From the sequence record ON287375.1: 40,000 bases of DNA; one strand, given 5' to 3'. A model generated the notes under the pieces. It saw only the letters and a list, made by a program, of their open reading frames with translations, was not told the origin of the DNA and did no database searches. Each line of letters starts with the position of its first letter. Position 1 is the first letter of the stretch. Position numbers and translations under genes: made by a program. The stretch is from Serratia phage vB_SmaM-Yubaba. Positions 9,659-17,741 of this stretch are shown in pieces.

Positions 9659-10049
9659 AAGCACTTCTGCAGTAAAAGTATTCGCTACCCGTAAGCTGGT
9701 AGAGATCATGGAAGAGATCAAAGGTAAACAGATCCCAAACATGTGGAAGTTTGAAGACACAGTCGGCTTCAGTATCAACATTACCGAAGGTGACCTGAAC
9801 TTTACCGTACAAGCTGCCGCAGCTCCTGTGCAAGAAGCGGGTGCTGGTAACTTCCTGATTCGCATTCAATCTACCTTTACTGGCAAAGCGGTCATGAAAC
9901 AAGGTTATCATTTCCCAGCAACACCAGTTGGTCAAATGGTAGTCATGGACTTCCCGCTGTATGCTGAAGATGAACAAGAACTTACTGATGGTATTGCTCA
10001 GATCATCCAAGATGAAGCTGAGAACATTCTGTGTCAGATACTGCAATAA
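9645..10049 (+). CDS. hypothetical protein, 134 aa
   Basis: Overlapping start, preceded by AAGGAAATG. Confidence 0.7.
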   Translation: MSIDKSTSAVKVFATRKLVEIMEEIKGKQIPNMWKFEDTVGFSINITEGDLNFTVQAAAAPVQEAGAGNFLIRIQSTFTGKAVMKQGYHFPATPVGQMVVMDFPLYAEDEQELTDGIAQIIQDEAENILCQILQ

Positions 10050-10114
10050 GTTCGCAGGACACGTTGTAAGCAATTGTTTTAAGTAATACTACTGTTTGTA
10101 TCATGTAGGTAGAA

Positions 10115-10144
10115 AAGTCTCTTAGATTTCGATCTGTGAGACTT
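10115..10144 (+). promoter_or_regulatory. structured 5' leader hairpin upstream of phuZ
   Basis: AAGTCTC-TT-AGAT-TTCG-ATCT-GT-GAGACTT. Confidence 0.5.
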
Positions 10145-10191
10145 AATCTCCATCTGACAAAAACCAATCTCATTTAAAGGAAAGTAAAATC

Positions 10192-11142
10192 ATGTCTAAA
10201 GACTTTAACCTCTATCATTTCGGTGGCACTGGTATCAACATTCTGAACCGTTATCTTTCAGAAGGTAAGAACAGTCGTTTCATCGATCAGGTAGTTGCCC
10301 TGGATACTTCTGAAGCAAACCCAGTAGTTGACGGAATGTATCCACTAGAACGTCTGGAAGGTGTTGAAGGTTCTGGTGGTGATCGTCGTGCTCATGCTGA
10401 TAAGTATGCCGACTTTGTTAAACAAGTGTTTGCTAAATACAAACCAAACAAAATCAACATCCTGACTTATTCACTGTCTGGCGGTACTGGTGCTTCAATG
10501 GGTCCTTATGCTCTGCGCTATCTGCTGCAGAAAAAGATCCCAGTACTAGTTATCTGTATTGGTGACAAGTCTACCTTCAATGAAGAGAAGAACACCGTTG
10601 AAGCTCTGGGCTCGATGTACAACCAGATCAAAACTGGTTCTCCAGTTCTGTTCAACTACATTGAAAACAGCGCAACTGTTTCTCAGGGTCAGGTTAACCA
10701 ACGTGCAGTTGGTGAAATTGATAATGCATTGATGATGTTCAACATGGAAAACGAACGCATCGATTATGCAGACATCAAGAACTTCTTCTTCTTTACTGAT
10801 GTGACACAAGCTGATCCAATCATGAGTCAGGTGACTTTCCTGGCTGAAGGTGATATCGGTCGCTATGATCGTAAACCGGTTGCGGCTATCAGCCTGTATA
10901 ACAACATTGACGAAATCCGTGCACCATTCGAAAACATGTTGTATCGTAAGTCAGGTCTGTTCGGCGAATCGTTCTCTGGTATGTCTGTTCCTGTACACGC
11001 AGTACTGGATCATGGTGATACCATTCAGTCACTGAAAACCCTGATCGAAAATAAAGAAACCAAGAACAATGAACTGGCCGGTCAATTCCGTAATAAAGAA
11101 GTTGACCTGTTCGGTAGTTCTGACGATGACGGTATGATGTAA
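10192..11142 (+). CDS. phuZ: PhuZ, phage tubulin/FtsZ-like GTPase (phage spindle)
   Basis: Tubulin signature LTYSLSGGTGASMG, N-terminal FGGTGINIL, 316 aa, acidic C-terminal tail VDLFGSSDDDGMM; neighbourhood of a phiKZ-like phage. Confidence 0.93.
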   Translation: MSKDFNLYHFGGTGINILNRYLSEGKNSRFIDQVVALDTSEANPVVDGMYPLERLEGVEGSGGDRRAHADKYADFVKQVFAKYKPNKINILTYSLSGGTGASMGPYALRYLLQKKIPVLVICIGDKSTFNEEKNTVEALGSMYNQIKTGSPVLFNYIENSATVSQGQVNQRAVGEIDNALMMFNMENERIDYADIKNFFFFTDVTQADPIMSQVTFLAEGDIGRYDRKPVAAISLYNNIDEIRAPFENMLYRKSGLFGESFSGMSVPVHAVLDHGDTIQSLKTLIENKETKNNELAGQFRNKEVDLFGSSDDDGMM

Positions 11143-11151
11143 TAACTGGAG

Positions 11152-11175
11152 GCCCTGGCATGTCCAGGGCTTTTT
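11152..11175 (+). terminator. Rho-independent terminator after phuZ
   Basis: GCCCTGG-CATGT-CCAGGGC-TTTTT. Confidence 0.93.
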
Positions 11176-11178
11176 ATA

Positions 11179-11472
11179 TTGCCTATGAAGATCTTATTTA
11201 ATTTAGCAAATCAACGCGGAGCATTGTCTCAAATATCTAAAAATGATGTTGGGACGGCACATGCTATTTTATCCAGAATCTGTTTAGATCAAGGACTCCC
11301 AGTAGATCATCACCACTTTGATGCTAATCTCTCTTTAGAACACGCCATTGTGTTTGAGAACGTAAAGGCTTATGCTGAAGAGAAATTGTTGTTCATCCCC
11401 ACTCCAGATGTCGCGGTCTTATCTGACCTCGGTAATCTTCAATTCCAACTCACTTTACATAATCGGGAATAA
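11179..11472 (+). CDS. hypothetical protein, 97 aa
   Basis: ORF starting after the phuZ terminator; start codon uncertain (11179 or ATG at 11188). Confidence 0.6.
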   Translation: MPMKILFNLANQRGALSQISKNDVGTAHAILSRICLDQGLPVDHHHFDANLSLEHAIVFENVKAYAEEKLLFIPTPDVAVLSDLGNLQFQLTLHNRE

Positions 11473-11475
11473 GTC

Positions 11476-11949
11476 ATGTTTAACATCGATAGGCCATCAC
11501 TAATAACGGCTATCGCAATATCCCTCGAACCCAATCTACGCAATGTAGAAGATAAACAGCCAGAATACATTAAGTACTTCCATGTTGTACTTGATATGGC
11601 TTTGGGTGTTATGAATAGTAAGATCCGTAACATCGATGATGCAATTGATGAGCAGTATTCACTTTATCCTGATGATAAGAACTTGCCATGGTTGGCAGAA
11701 ACAGTTCGTCAGTTGGTTGTGGATATTAAAACTCAGTTCATTCAAGCTGGGTTCGATAATCGACTGAAATACAAAATCGTGACTCGCCCAATCGGTCTTC
11801 ATAAACTCTATGGTATTGGGATGGATTTGGAAGCAACAATGGCATCTATGATGTCTAGCTTACCAGACGGAACTGAAGAAGTCGAAGAAACACTGATGGT
11901 ATCAGAGAACCCAACTTATGAGCAACTTGAAGCAGCCTACAACTGGTGA
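11476..11949 (+). CDS. hypothetical protein, 157 aa
   Basis: Operon context. Confidence 0.7.
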   Translation: MFNIDRPSLITAIAISLEPNLRNVEDKQPEYIKYFHVVLDMALGVMNSKIRNIDDAIDEQYSLYPDDKNLPWLAETVRQLVVDIKTQFIQAGFDNRLKYKIVTRPIGLHKLYGIGMDLEATMASMMSSLPDGTEEVEETLMVSENPTYEQLEAAYNW

Positions 11950-12487
11950 GTTTATTCTAGTAGGGAGATTCGATATTGAAGTTGAATCTTACCTTGAGTC
12001 TAAGCAGCACCTGGCCTCTACTTTAATAAAGGAAGAGGATAAGCCAGCTTTAGTTGATGCACTTCGTATTTGGTTAGTTAAAAATGTGGGGTGCTTTAAT
12101 ATCGTTGGCGGTTATCATCCGGTAGTTAACCTGAATCTTTGGTTTGACCACGATGCACTTACGGAAGAGTTCGATGAACTTTTATTATCATTCCGTGATT
12201 GGTTGAATATGATCTATGCTCTGGATACCAAGAAAGTTTATAACTTGTTACGTTATATCAGACCTGACACGTTTATCCTTTTCGATGGTGATATCCCAGC
12301 AGATTTGATCCCTCCTCCAATCGAAGAACCTATTGATCATGAAGTCCAAGAGGTCATCGGTTTCATTGAAGAATTTGAACAAAGACTGAATGAAAAGTTA
12401 AGTTCAAACTTTGATGTTGAATGGTTTATAAAAGACACATTCCCTAAAACTGAACTTCCCAAAATGTTGGAGAAGTACTTTATATAA
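11918..12487 (+). CDS. hypothetical protein, 189 aa
   Basis: ORF overlapping previous by 32 nt; acidic; start uncertain. Confidence 0.6.
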   Translation: MSNLKQPTTGEFILVGRFDIEVESYLESKQHLASTLIKEEDKPALVDALRIWLVKNVGCFNIVGGYHPVVNLNLWFDHDALTEEFDELLLSFRDWLNMIYALDTKKVYNLLRYIRPDTFILFDGDIPADLIPPPIEEPIDHEVQEVIGFIEEFEQRLNEKLSSNFDVEWFIKDTFPKTELPKMLEKYFI

Positions 12488-12495
12488 GGAGTCCT

Positions 12496-12798
12496 ATGGT
12501 TAGGATGTTATCGGTTAACATCTATCCACTTCTTCGAATAGTAAAACGATATAATCTAGACCAGGACCTCTTCTTTAGAATAATTCTGAATTTCCTCTCG
12601 CATCGTCGGGAGGAAATTCTTAATGTTCAATTGTCCAAATGGTTTAGTTCATTTGAGATCTCATTAAAAAGTGAGATGAAGCCTATTATATACGAACTCT
12701 TAAGTGAGTTAGACTATTCGGATAATGTGGAAGATTATTTCATCTTAAATGGTCGGTTCTATATTAAGGAAAACCCAGATGCAACAGAACCTGAATGA
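12496..12798 (+). CDS. hypothetical protein, 100 aa
   Basis: Preceded by AAGGAG. Confidence 0.65.
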   Translation: MVRMLSVNIYPLLRIVKRYNLDQDLFFRIILNFLSHRREEILNVQLSKWFSSFEISLKSEMKPIIYELLSELDYSDNVEDYFILNGRFYIKENPDATEPE

Positions 12799-13096
12799 AC
12801 AGCCTTTGGCAATGTTCTCGCACACCATGACTTTCCCTGGCGTGCCATTGGAGAACTTGGTATCGTCGATAGCTTTATTATTATCTGCGTACGGTGTTAA
12901 ACACCAACTACCAACTTCACCGACTTTCACAACTGAAGGTCTCACCAGTGGCGATAATAATCGTGATCAGCGATTCGTAACTGAATATATGCAGTTTAAG
13001 CTGATGCTGGAAGATTTATCCCGTCAATATACAACTGTCCAGTGTACCGCACAATCTAACGGAGCATCGGTATACTTGAGGTTCAGTTGTTACTAG
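12779..13096 (+). CDS. hypothetical protein
   Basis: ORF 12749-13096; in-frame ATG at 12779 reduces overlap with previous gene; start uncertain. Confidence 0.5.
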   Translation: MQQNLNEQPLAMFSHTMTFPGVPLENLVSSIALLLSAYGVKHQLPTSPTFTTEGLTSGDNNRDQRFVTEYMQFKLMLEDLSRQYTTVQCTAQSNGASVYLRFSCY

Positions 13097-13105
13097 GAGA
13101 GCGTA

Positions 13106-13720
13106 ATGTACGTTCATGTAAACAACTTCGATTATGATGAATTGCTTAATGGTCTCGTTAAGCATTATCATCTTGACGATGTACCGCTGACTGATGAGAT
13201 TGTAAGTAAGATCTTTGAAAGCATCAGTGAAAAATATAAATTAAACAAACGCAACACTATGTCTGAACTGGAAATCAGTTTGGTGGAAGAATTCTTCCGA
13301 GTGGTGAGTTTGTGGTCTGATTTCATGCCTGGTGATGATACTGAAACCTTCCTTGAAAGTAAAGGAATGGAAATCAGTGAATCCCTGGCTTTGATTGAAG
13401 AAGTGTTCCTGGCCGGTGTCGGCGAAGAAGATGAACTTAACCGTTTGTTTGAAATCGCAACTAAGTTTGATGGTTATGATTTCACCGATGAAGAATCCAT
13501 TGGTGAGTTCAGTGCTAACCTTTCCAATTTAATCGACTCCTATAACAACATGCAGTGGACGGATGCGGAACTGTTTATTCTTGGTCATATTGACCGAGCA
13601 TTAATGGATCTTGAAATTCTGACTGATGTTGAAGTAGTTCCAGTTGCTGGTAAAGTAGTCAAGTATGGGGATACTTTGATAACCTTCCCTATTATCTTGA
13701 TAAAGGTTTCTAACCCATGA
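13106..13720 (+). CDS. hypothetical acidic protein, 204 aa
   Basis: Preceded by AGGAGAGCG. Confidence 0.75.
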   Translation: MYVHVNNFDYDELLNGLVKHYHLDDVPLTDEIVSKIFESISEKYKLNKRNTMSELEISLVEEFFRVVSLWSDFMPGDDTETFLESKGMEISESLALIEEVFLAGVGEEDELNRLFEIATKFDGYDFTDEESIGEFSANLSNLIDSYNNMQWTDAELFILGHIDRALMDLEILTDVEVVPVAGKVVKYGDTLITFPIILIKVSNP

Positions 13721-14148
13721 GCGATTTGAACACTCTTCAGAAAAACGACATCATTAACTTCGATATGATTCGACCTGGTATTTTTGGCGCTCAGTATAAG
13801 AGCGCTTTAATTACTGGTATTGTCGATTATAATACAGCCCGCATTATCGATCCCGATGTGTATGCTAAACACCAGGCATTCTATCCATTCTTCAAAGATT
13901 CGGTAGATAACGTAAACAACCCGGAAATTTATAACTATCTCATTCTGCAATTGGACCCAACCAAAGCTGAACGTATTGTTATCGGTTTCCCATGGATTGA
14001 CAAAGATTCACTGAAAACAATCCAGTCCCGTTATGCAACGGTAATCATTCAGAACTTCCAGGAATATCAACGTGCACCATTAGTTGATTTCTTAGAAGGC
14101 ATGAATGTGACGTACACCCTGGTTATCGAAGATACTAATAAGAAATAA
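13717..14148 (+). CDS. hypothetical protein, 143 aa
   Basis: ATGA overlap. Confidence 0.75.
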   Translation: MSDLNTLQKNDIINFDMIRPGIFGAQYKSALITGIVDYNTARIIDPDVYAKHQAFYPFFKDSVDNVNNPEIYNYLILQLDPTKAERIVIGFPWIDKDSLKTIQSRYATVIIQNFQEYQRAPLVDFLEGMNVTYTLVIEDTNKK

Positions 14149-14153
14149 TTATC

Positions 14154-14213
14154 AGATTACTGAGCTTACCATAAGGTAGGCTCGGTAATCTATTTACCCA
14201 ATACTTTTTTTTT
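14154..14213 (+). terminator. strong Rho-independent terminator
   Basis: AGATTACTGAGCTTACC-ATAA-GGTAGGCTCGGTAATCT (17 bp incl. G-U) followed downstream by a 9-T run. Confidence 0.85.
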
Positions 14214-14238
14214 CTTTCTCTAAATGAGGGAATTGAAT

Positions 14239-16317
14239 ATGTCATCTGCTGGACCATTCCTCTCAGAAGAATATACCAGTGATCGCAACATTTTAAAACA
14301 TGCGGTTAATCAATACGCTTTAGTTGTAAGTCGAGTACGCGGTGAGGATGAAGATACTGTACGTCAGAACCTGATGAAGTATTTTAAATCTAACCAGGAA
14401 AAGTTCCGCTCTCGTCGTGCAAAAGTTATTATCAAAAATAAGAACGAAGATCGTGAGTTGAAAGTTATTCCTCTGTCTTCTGTCTTTAAACATGTTCAGG
14501 CTAATAACTATCACTTTAGTCCATCAATGGTTGCATACACCAACTCAGATAAAGAAGAGTGTGTTAACTCAATTGGGACACGTCTGTTCATTGATAACCG
14601 TTCTTACTATAAAGGACTGCGTCAGAAAGCTAAAGCTGATAACGATCCAGATCTCTATGGTAAGTACCACGAATTACAAAACGCCTTTAAGATCTTTAAC
14701 AACGCCCAATCTGGCGCTATGAGTTCCGAAGGTACACCAATTAACAACAAGACTGGTCATACTTCATTGACTTCCACTTGTCGTTGCTTGACCTCCACAG
14801 CTAACCTTATTAATGAACAGTTCATTGCCGGTAACCGTTTCTATAATACACCAGAGAACACATTACAGGCAATTGTAGCTCGACTTAAGGTAACTGACTA
14901 TAAAGCACTGGAAGATGTAATGGAGAAATATAAACTCCATTATGCGACTGTTGATGATGTAATGGGTCAAGTAGAGTACTGCTCTCGTCGTTATTGGGAA
15001 TCAGCCCGTCACACCAGAATCATCCGTGACTTTGTTGAGAAGTTAAGTGGTTTAGAGCGTTCATCTATTCTGTACACCATGGATTTGGTTCAGTTGTTTA
15101 ACCATAACCGTGAAGTCGTTTCAGAGTTCTTTGATCGTTGGGTCGCAATGAATGATCCAGAAGAAGGGAAAACTGCTGATGATTACTTAGCCCCAGACAA
15201 CGGGGATAAGTGGACATTGTGCATTTCCAAACTTCCAAATAAACCACCTAAGGTCGCAGTTAACGCACTGAATGAATCTCATATGAAGGTTGAAACTGAA
15301 TATGCTGATTTCATGCGTCAATTCTTCCATTCACCAATTCCACCATCTGGTTTATTTGATGTTGTATCTGCTGTACGTGACTGTGTACTGACTTCTGACA
15401 CTGACTCCTCGATTTATACCGTGGATGAAATGATCGAAGCTTATACTCATGACCGTGATAAGGGTGTTAAACTTAACGCAGTACTGACTTACTTCATCCG
15501 CATGATTTCTGTTGACCAACACCAACAATTGTCGGCTAACCTAAACGTAACCAAGAAAAACTTGCGTATGTTGGGTATGAAGAATGAATACTACTTCGGT
15601 GCTTACGTTACTACTTTGATGTCTAAACACTATTATGCCAGCCAGCTTATGGTTGAAGGTGTTATGAACCATGAACCAGAAATGGAAATCAAAGGGGTTC
15701 ACCTTAAGTCTTCTAAGATCGCATCGAACATCAAAGACTTCGCCCAGAAGTTAATGAATGATACTTTAGTCGCTATCGAGAAGAAACAGAAGTTGAATGC
15801 AGCAGAAACACTGAAAGAGATTGGGGACCTGGAACGCACAATCATTGATGATATTCACGCAGGTGACTGGAAGTGGTTATCTCGTCAAGGTGTTAAATCT
15901 GCCGCAGCTTATTCTAAGCCTATGGCATCAGTATACTTCTACCATGAACTGTGGGAAAATGTATTCAGCGATAAATATGGTCCAGCTCCAGAGCTTCCAT
16001 ATATCGGTGTTAAGATGTCAGTTGACTTAGGTAGTAAAACCAAGGTTAAAGAGTTTATTGAAAAGATCGAAGATCGTGAACTGGCCGATAAGCTTGAGAA
16101 GTTTATGGAGAAGACAGGTCGTACTGATTTAGGTAACCTAGTTGTACCCATGGAACGTCTTCAGTACATGGCGGATATCCCTACGGAAATCAAGCAATGT
16201 ATCGATTATCGTACCGTTATCAAACAGAACCTTAAATGTGTTTATGAGGTTCTTAACTCAACTGGTTTGTACTTCATGAATGACTCCATAACTCGTTTAG
16301 TATCCGACGAACACTAA
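14239..16317 (+). CDS. family B DNA polymerase, C-terminal (palm/thumb) part of a split polymerase
   Basis: Motif C-like TSDTDSSIY, motif B-like ELQNAFKIFNNAQSGAMSS, thumb-entry KGVHLKSS; start ATG 14239 preceded by GAGGG. Confidence 0.8.
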   Translation: MSSAGPFLSEEYTSDRNILKHAVNQYALVVSRVRGEDEDTVRQNLMKYFKSNQEKFRSRRAKVIIKNKNEDRELKVIPLSSVFKHVQANNYHFSPSMVAYTNSDKEECVNSIGTRLFIDNRSYYKGLRQKAKADNDPDLYGKYHELQNAFKIFNNAQSGAMSSEGTPINNKTGHTSLTSTCRCLTSTANLINEQFIAGNRFYNTPENTLQAIVARLKVTDYKALEDVMEKYKLHYATVDDVMGQVEYCSRRYWESARHTRIIRDFVEKLSGLERSSILYTMDLVQLFNHNREVVSEFFDRWVAMNDPEEGKTADDYLAPDNGDKWTLCISKLPNKPPKVAVNALNESHMKVETEYADFMRQFFHSPIPPSGLFDVVSAVRDCVLTSDTDSSIYTVDEMIEAYTHDRDKGVKLNAVLTYFIRMISVDQHQQLSANLNVTKKNLRMLGMKNEYYFGAYVTTLMSKHYYASQLMVEGVMNHEPEMEIKGVHLKSSKIASNIKDFAQKLMNDTLVAIEKKQKLNAAETLKEIGDLERTIIDDIHAGDWKWLSRQGVKSAAAYSKPMASVYFYHELWENVFSDKYGPAPELPYIGVKMSVDLGSKTKVKEFIEKIEDRELADKLEKFMEKTGRTDLGNLVVPMERLQYMADIPTEIKQCIDYRTVIKQNLKCVYEVLNSTGLYFMNDSITRLVSDEH

Positions 16318-16338
16318 TCAATTCTATGTAAAACTATT

Positions 16339-16370
16339 GAACCCTACCTCGCACTAAGCGGGTAGGGTTC
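16339..16370. terminator. bidirectional terminator between convergent genes
   Basis: GAACCCTACC...GGTAGGGTTC with inner CGC/GCG, between CDS ends 16317(+) and 16386(-). Confidence 0.75.
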
Positions 16371-16385
16371 GTGATAGATATATAT

Positions 16386-17477
16386 TTATTTCAAACGACT
16401 AACTTGTTCGTGAAGCATGCTGAAATGCTTTCTCCAAACAGGATCTTTGATTTGGTTTTCTTGAGTAGTTACCGATAACTGATAATAAAGAGCAAGATCA
16501 GTTCTCAGTTTACCATCCACGGCACCAACAAAGTTACTGTATTCCAGATAAGGCTTCACCATACCCAACGAAGCAATGGTCCATACCCAACTCATTTGAA
16601 CAAAGAACAATGACTTACCTGCTTGAGGGAAGATCATTTTATTCTGATCAACTGAGATATTAGTTACGGCATTGACTTGTACAAAGTTAGTGAAAGACTT
16701 CATGGGTTGAGATAACAAGTATCTATTCTTGAAGTCAGTATAGTCAATCAGGTTTTGGAAATAAGGTTCCAGATTGAATGGGCCTTTCTTTATATCAATC
16801 TTACCGGCATTACCATTAAGGTAATTGTAGTTAGCCAGCTCATTATGATATAAATAGAAGTTCATTAAAGGAAGACCCGCCAAATAACCATGAGGACTGT
16901 TACCCCATTCCACTCCACGTTGAAGGTGTCTCCAATACCCGATTACAAGAGCATACACGTCGATCTGAGCAATGGTGTAAGCTTCAGTACCTAATGTATA
17001 ATCTTTAGTATCAATCAGCTCTATGGAGTTCCAACGCTGTTTGGTATCGGTGGTGTAAATAGGATAAATCGGAACGAGTGTATTTATTTCGTTATTGAAG
17101 TATCCATTAATTTGTGAGGTAGAGGGTTTATCAAAAGGAACAACCAAAAGTGTATTGTGATTCTTTTCAGGATACAAGCTGAACAGGTGGTTCTTACCTC
17201 TATTATAGAGGGATGTAAAATTGACTGCGCTCGCATACTGTTGAATGTGTGAATCAATTACATTAATTAAGTAGTTGCGATCCCATTCTACGTTCACGGA
17301 AAACATTAGCAGAAATTGAACTAATGGATTCTCGTTGGGAAGAACTCTGTTACCAAGGTTGATCCAGTCTTCATACCGGTCATCATTCCTGGCCATAATA
17401 CGCCTCAGGTTTCCGAGTGTTCCCCACTCCCTGACCGCGTAGTTCAACCCATTGGGCGAAAGCTTAAAGTAAGACAT
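16386..17477 (-). CDS. hypothetical/possibly structural phage protein, ~363 aa
   Basis: Only long leftward ORF not lying opposite a credible gene; ATG (MSYFKLS) at 17477 with AGAGG upstream. Confidence 0.8.
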   Translation of the reverse strand: MSYFKLSPNGLNYAVREWGTLGNLRRIMARNDDRYEDWINLGNRVLPNENPLVQFLLMFSVNVEWDRNYLINVIDSHIQQYASAVNFTSLYNRGKNHLFSLYPEKNHNTLLVVPFDKPSTSQINGYFNNEINTLVPIYPIYTTDTKQRWNSIELIDTKDYTLGTEAYTIAQIDVYALVIGYWRHLQRGVEWGNSPHGYLAGLPLMNFYLYHNELANYNYLNGNAGKIDIKKGPFNLEPYFQNLIDYTDFKNRYLLSQPMKSFTNFVQVNAVTNISVDQNKMIFPQAGKSLFFVQMSWVWTIASLGMVKPYLEYSNFVGAVDGKLRTDLALYYQLSVTTQENQIKDPVWRKHFSMLHEQVSRLK

Positions 17478-17648
17478 TAATAGAAGCCTCTGGAATATCA
17501 TCATTAAAAAATTAATGAAGATATTAATTATATGTAAAAATAAACTTTCAAGGGTCTTCCTTGAAAGCTAGACGTGAGTCGCATGTCTATTTGAATGTAT
17601 TCATACGATTTAACGTTGTAATTTTCCACTCTCTAAAATATTTGAAGT

Positions 17649-17670
17649 CTATATTATTAGAGTGTATAAG
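17649..17670 (+). promoter_or_regulatory. putative early promoter of the chimallin gene
   Basis: CTATATTATTAGAGTGTATAAG; near-identical to 27502-27521. Confidence 0.65.
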
Positions 17671-17741
17671 GAAACAGATGTTTCTATTATCCCTCACCAA
17701 ACGTTAACGTTAACCATAAACACTTTATTAAGGAATTCCAA

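Noticed and set aside
14201-14213. T homopolymer before DNA polymerase gene
   Set aside because: Interpreted as the U-tract downstream of the terminator hairpin, not a separate element
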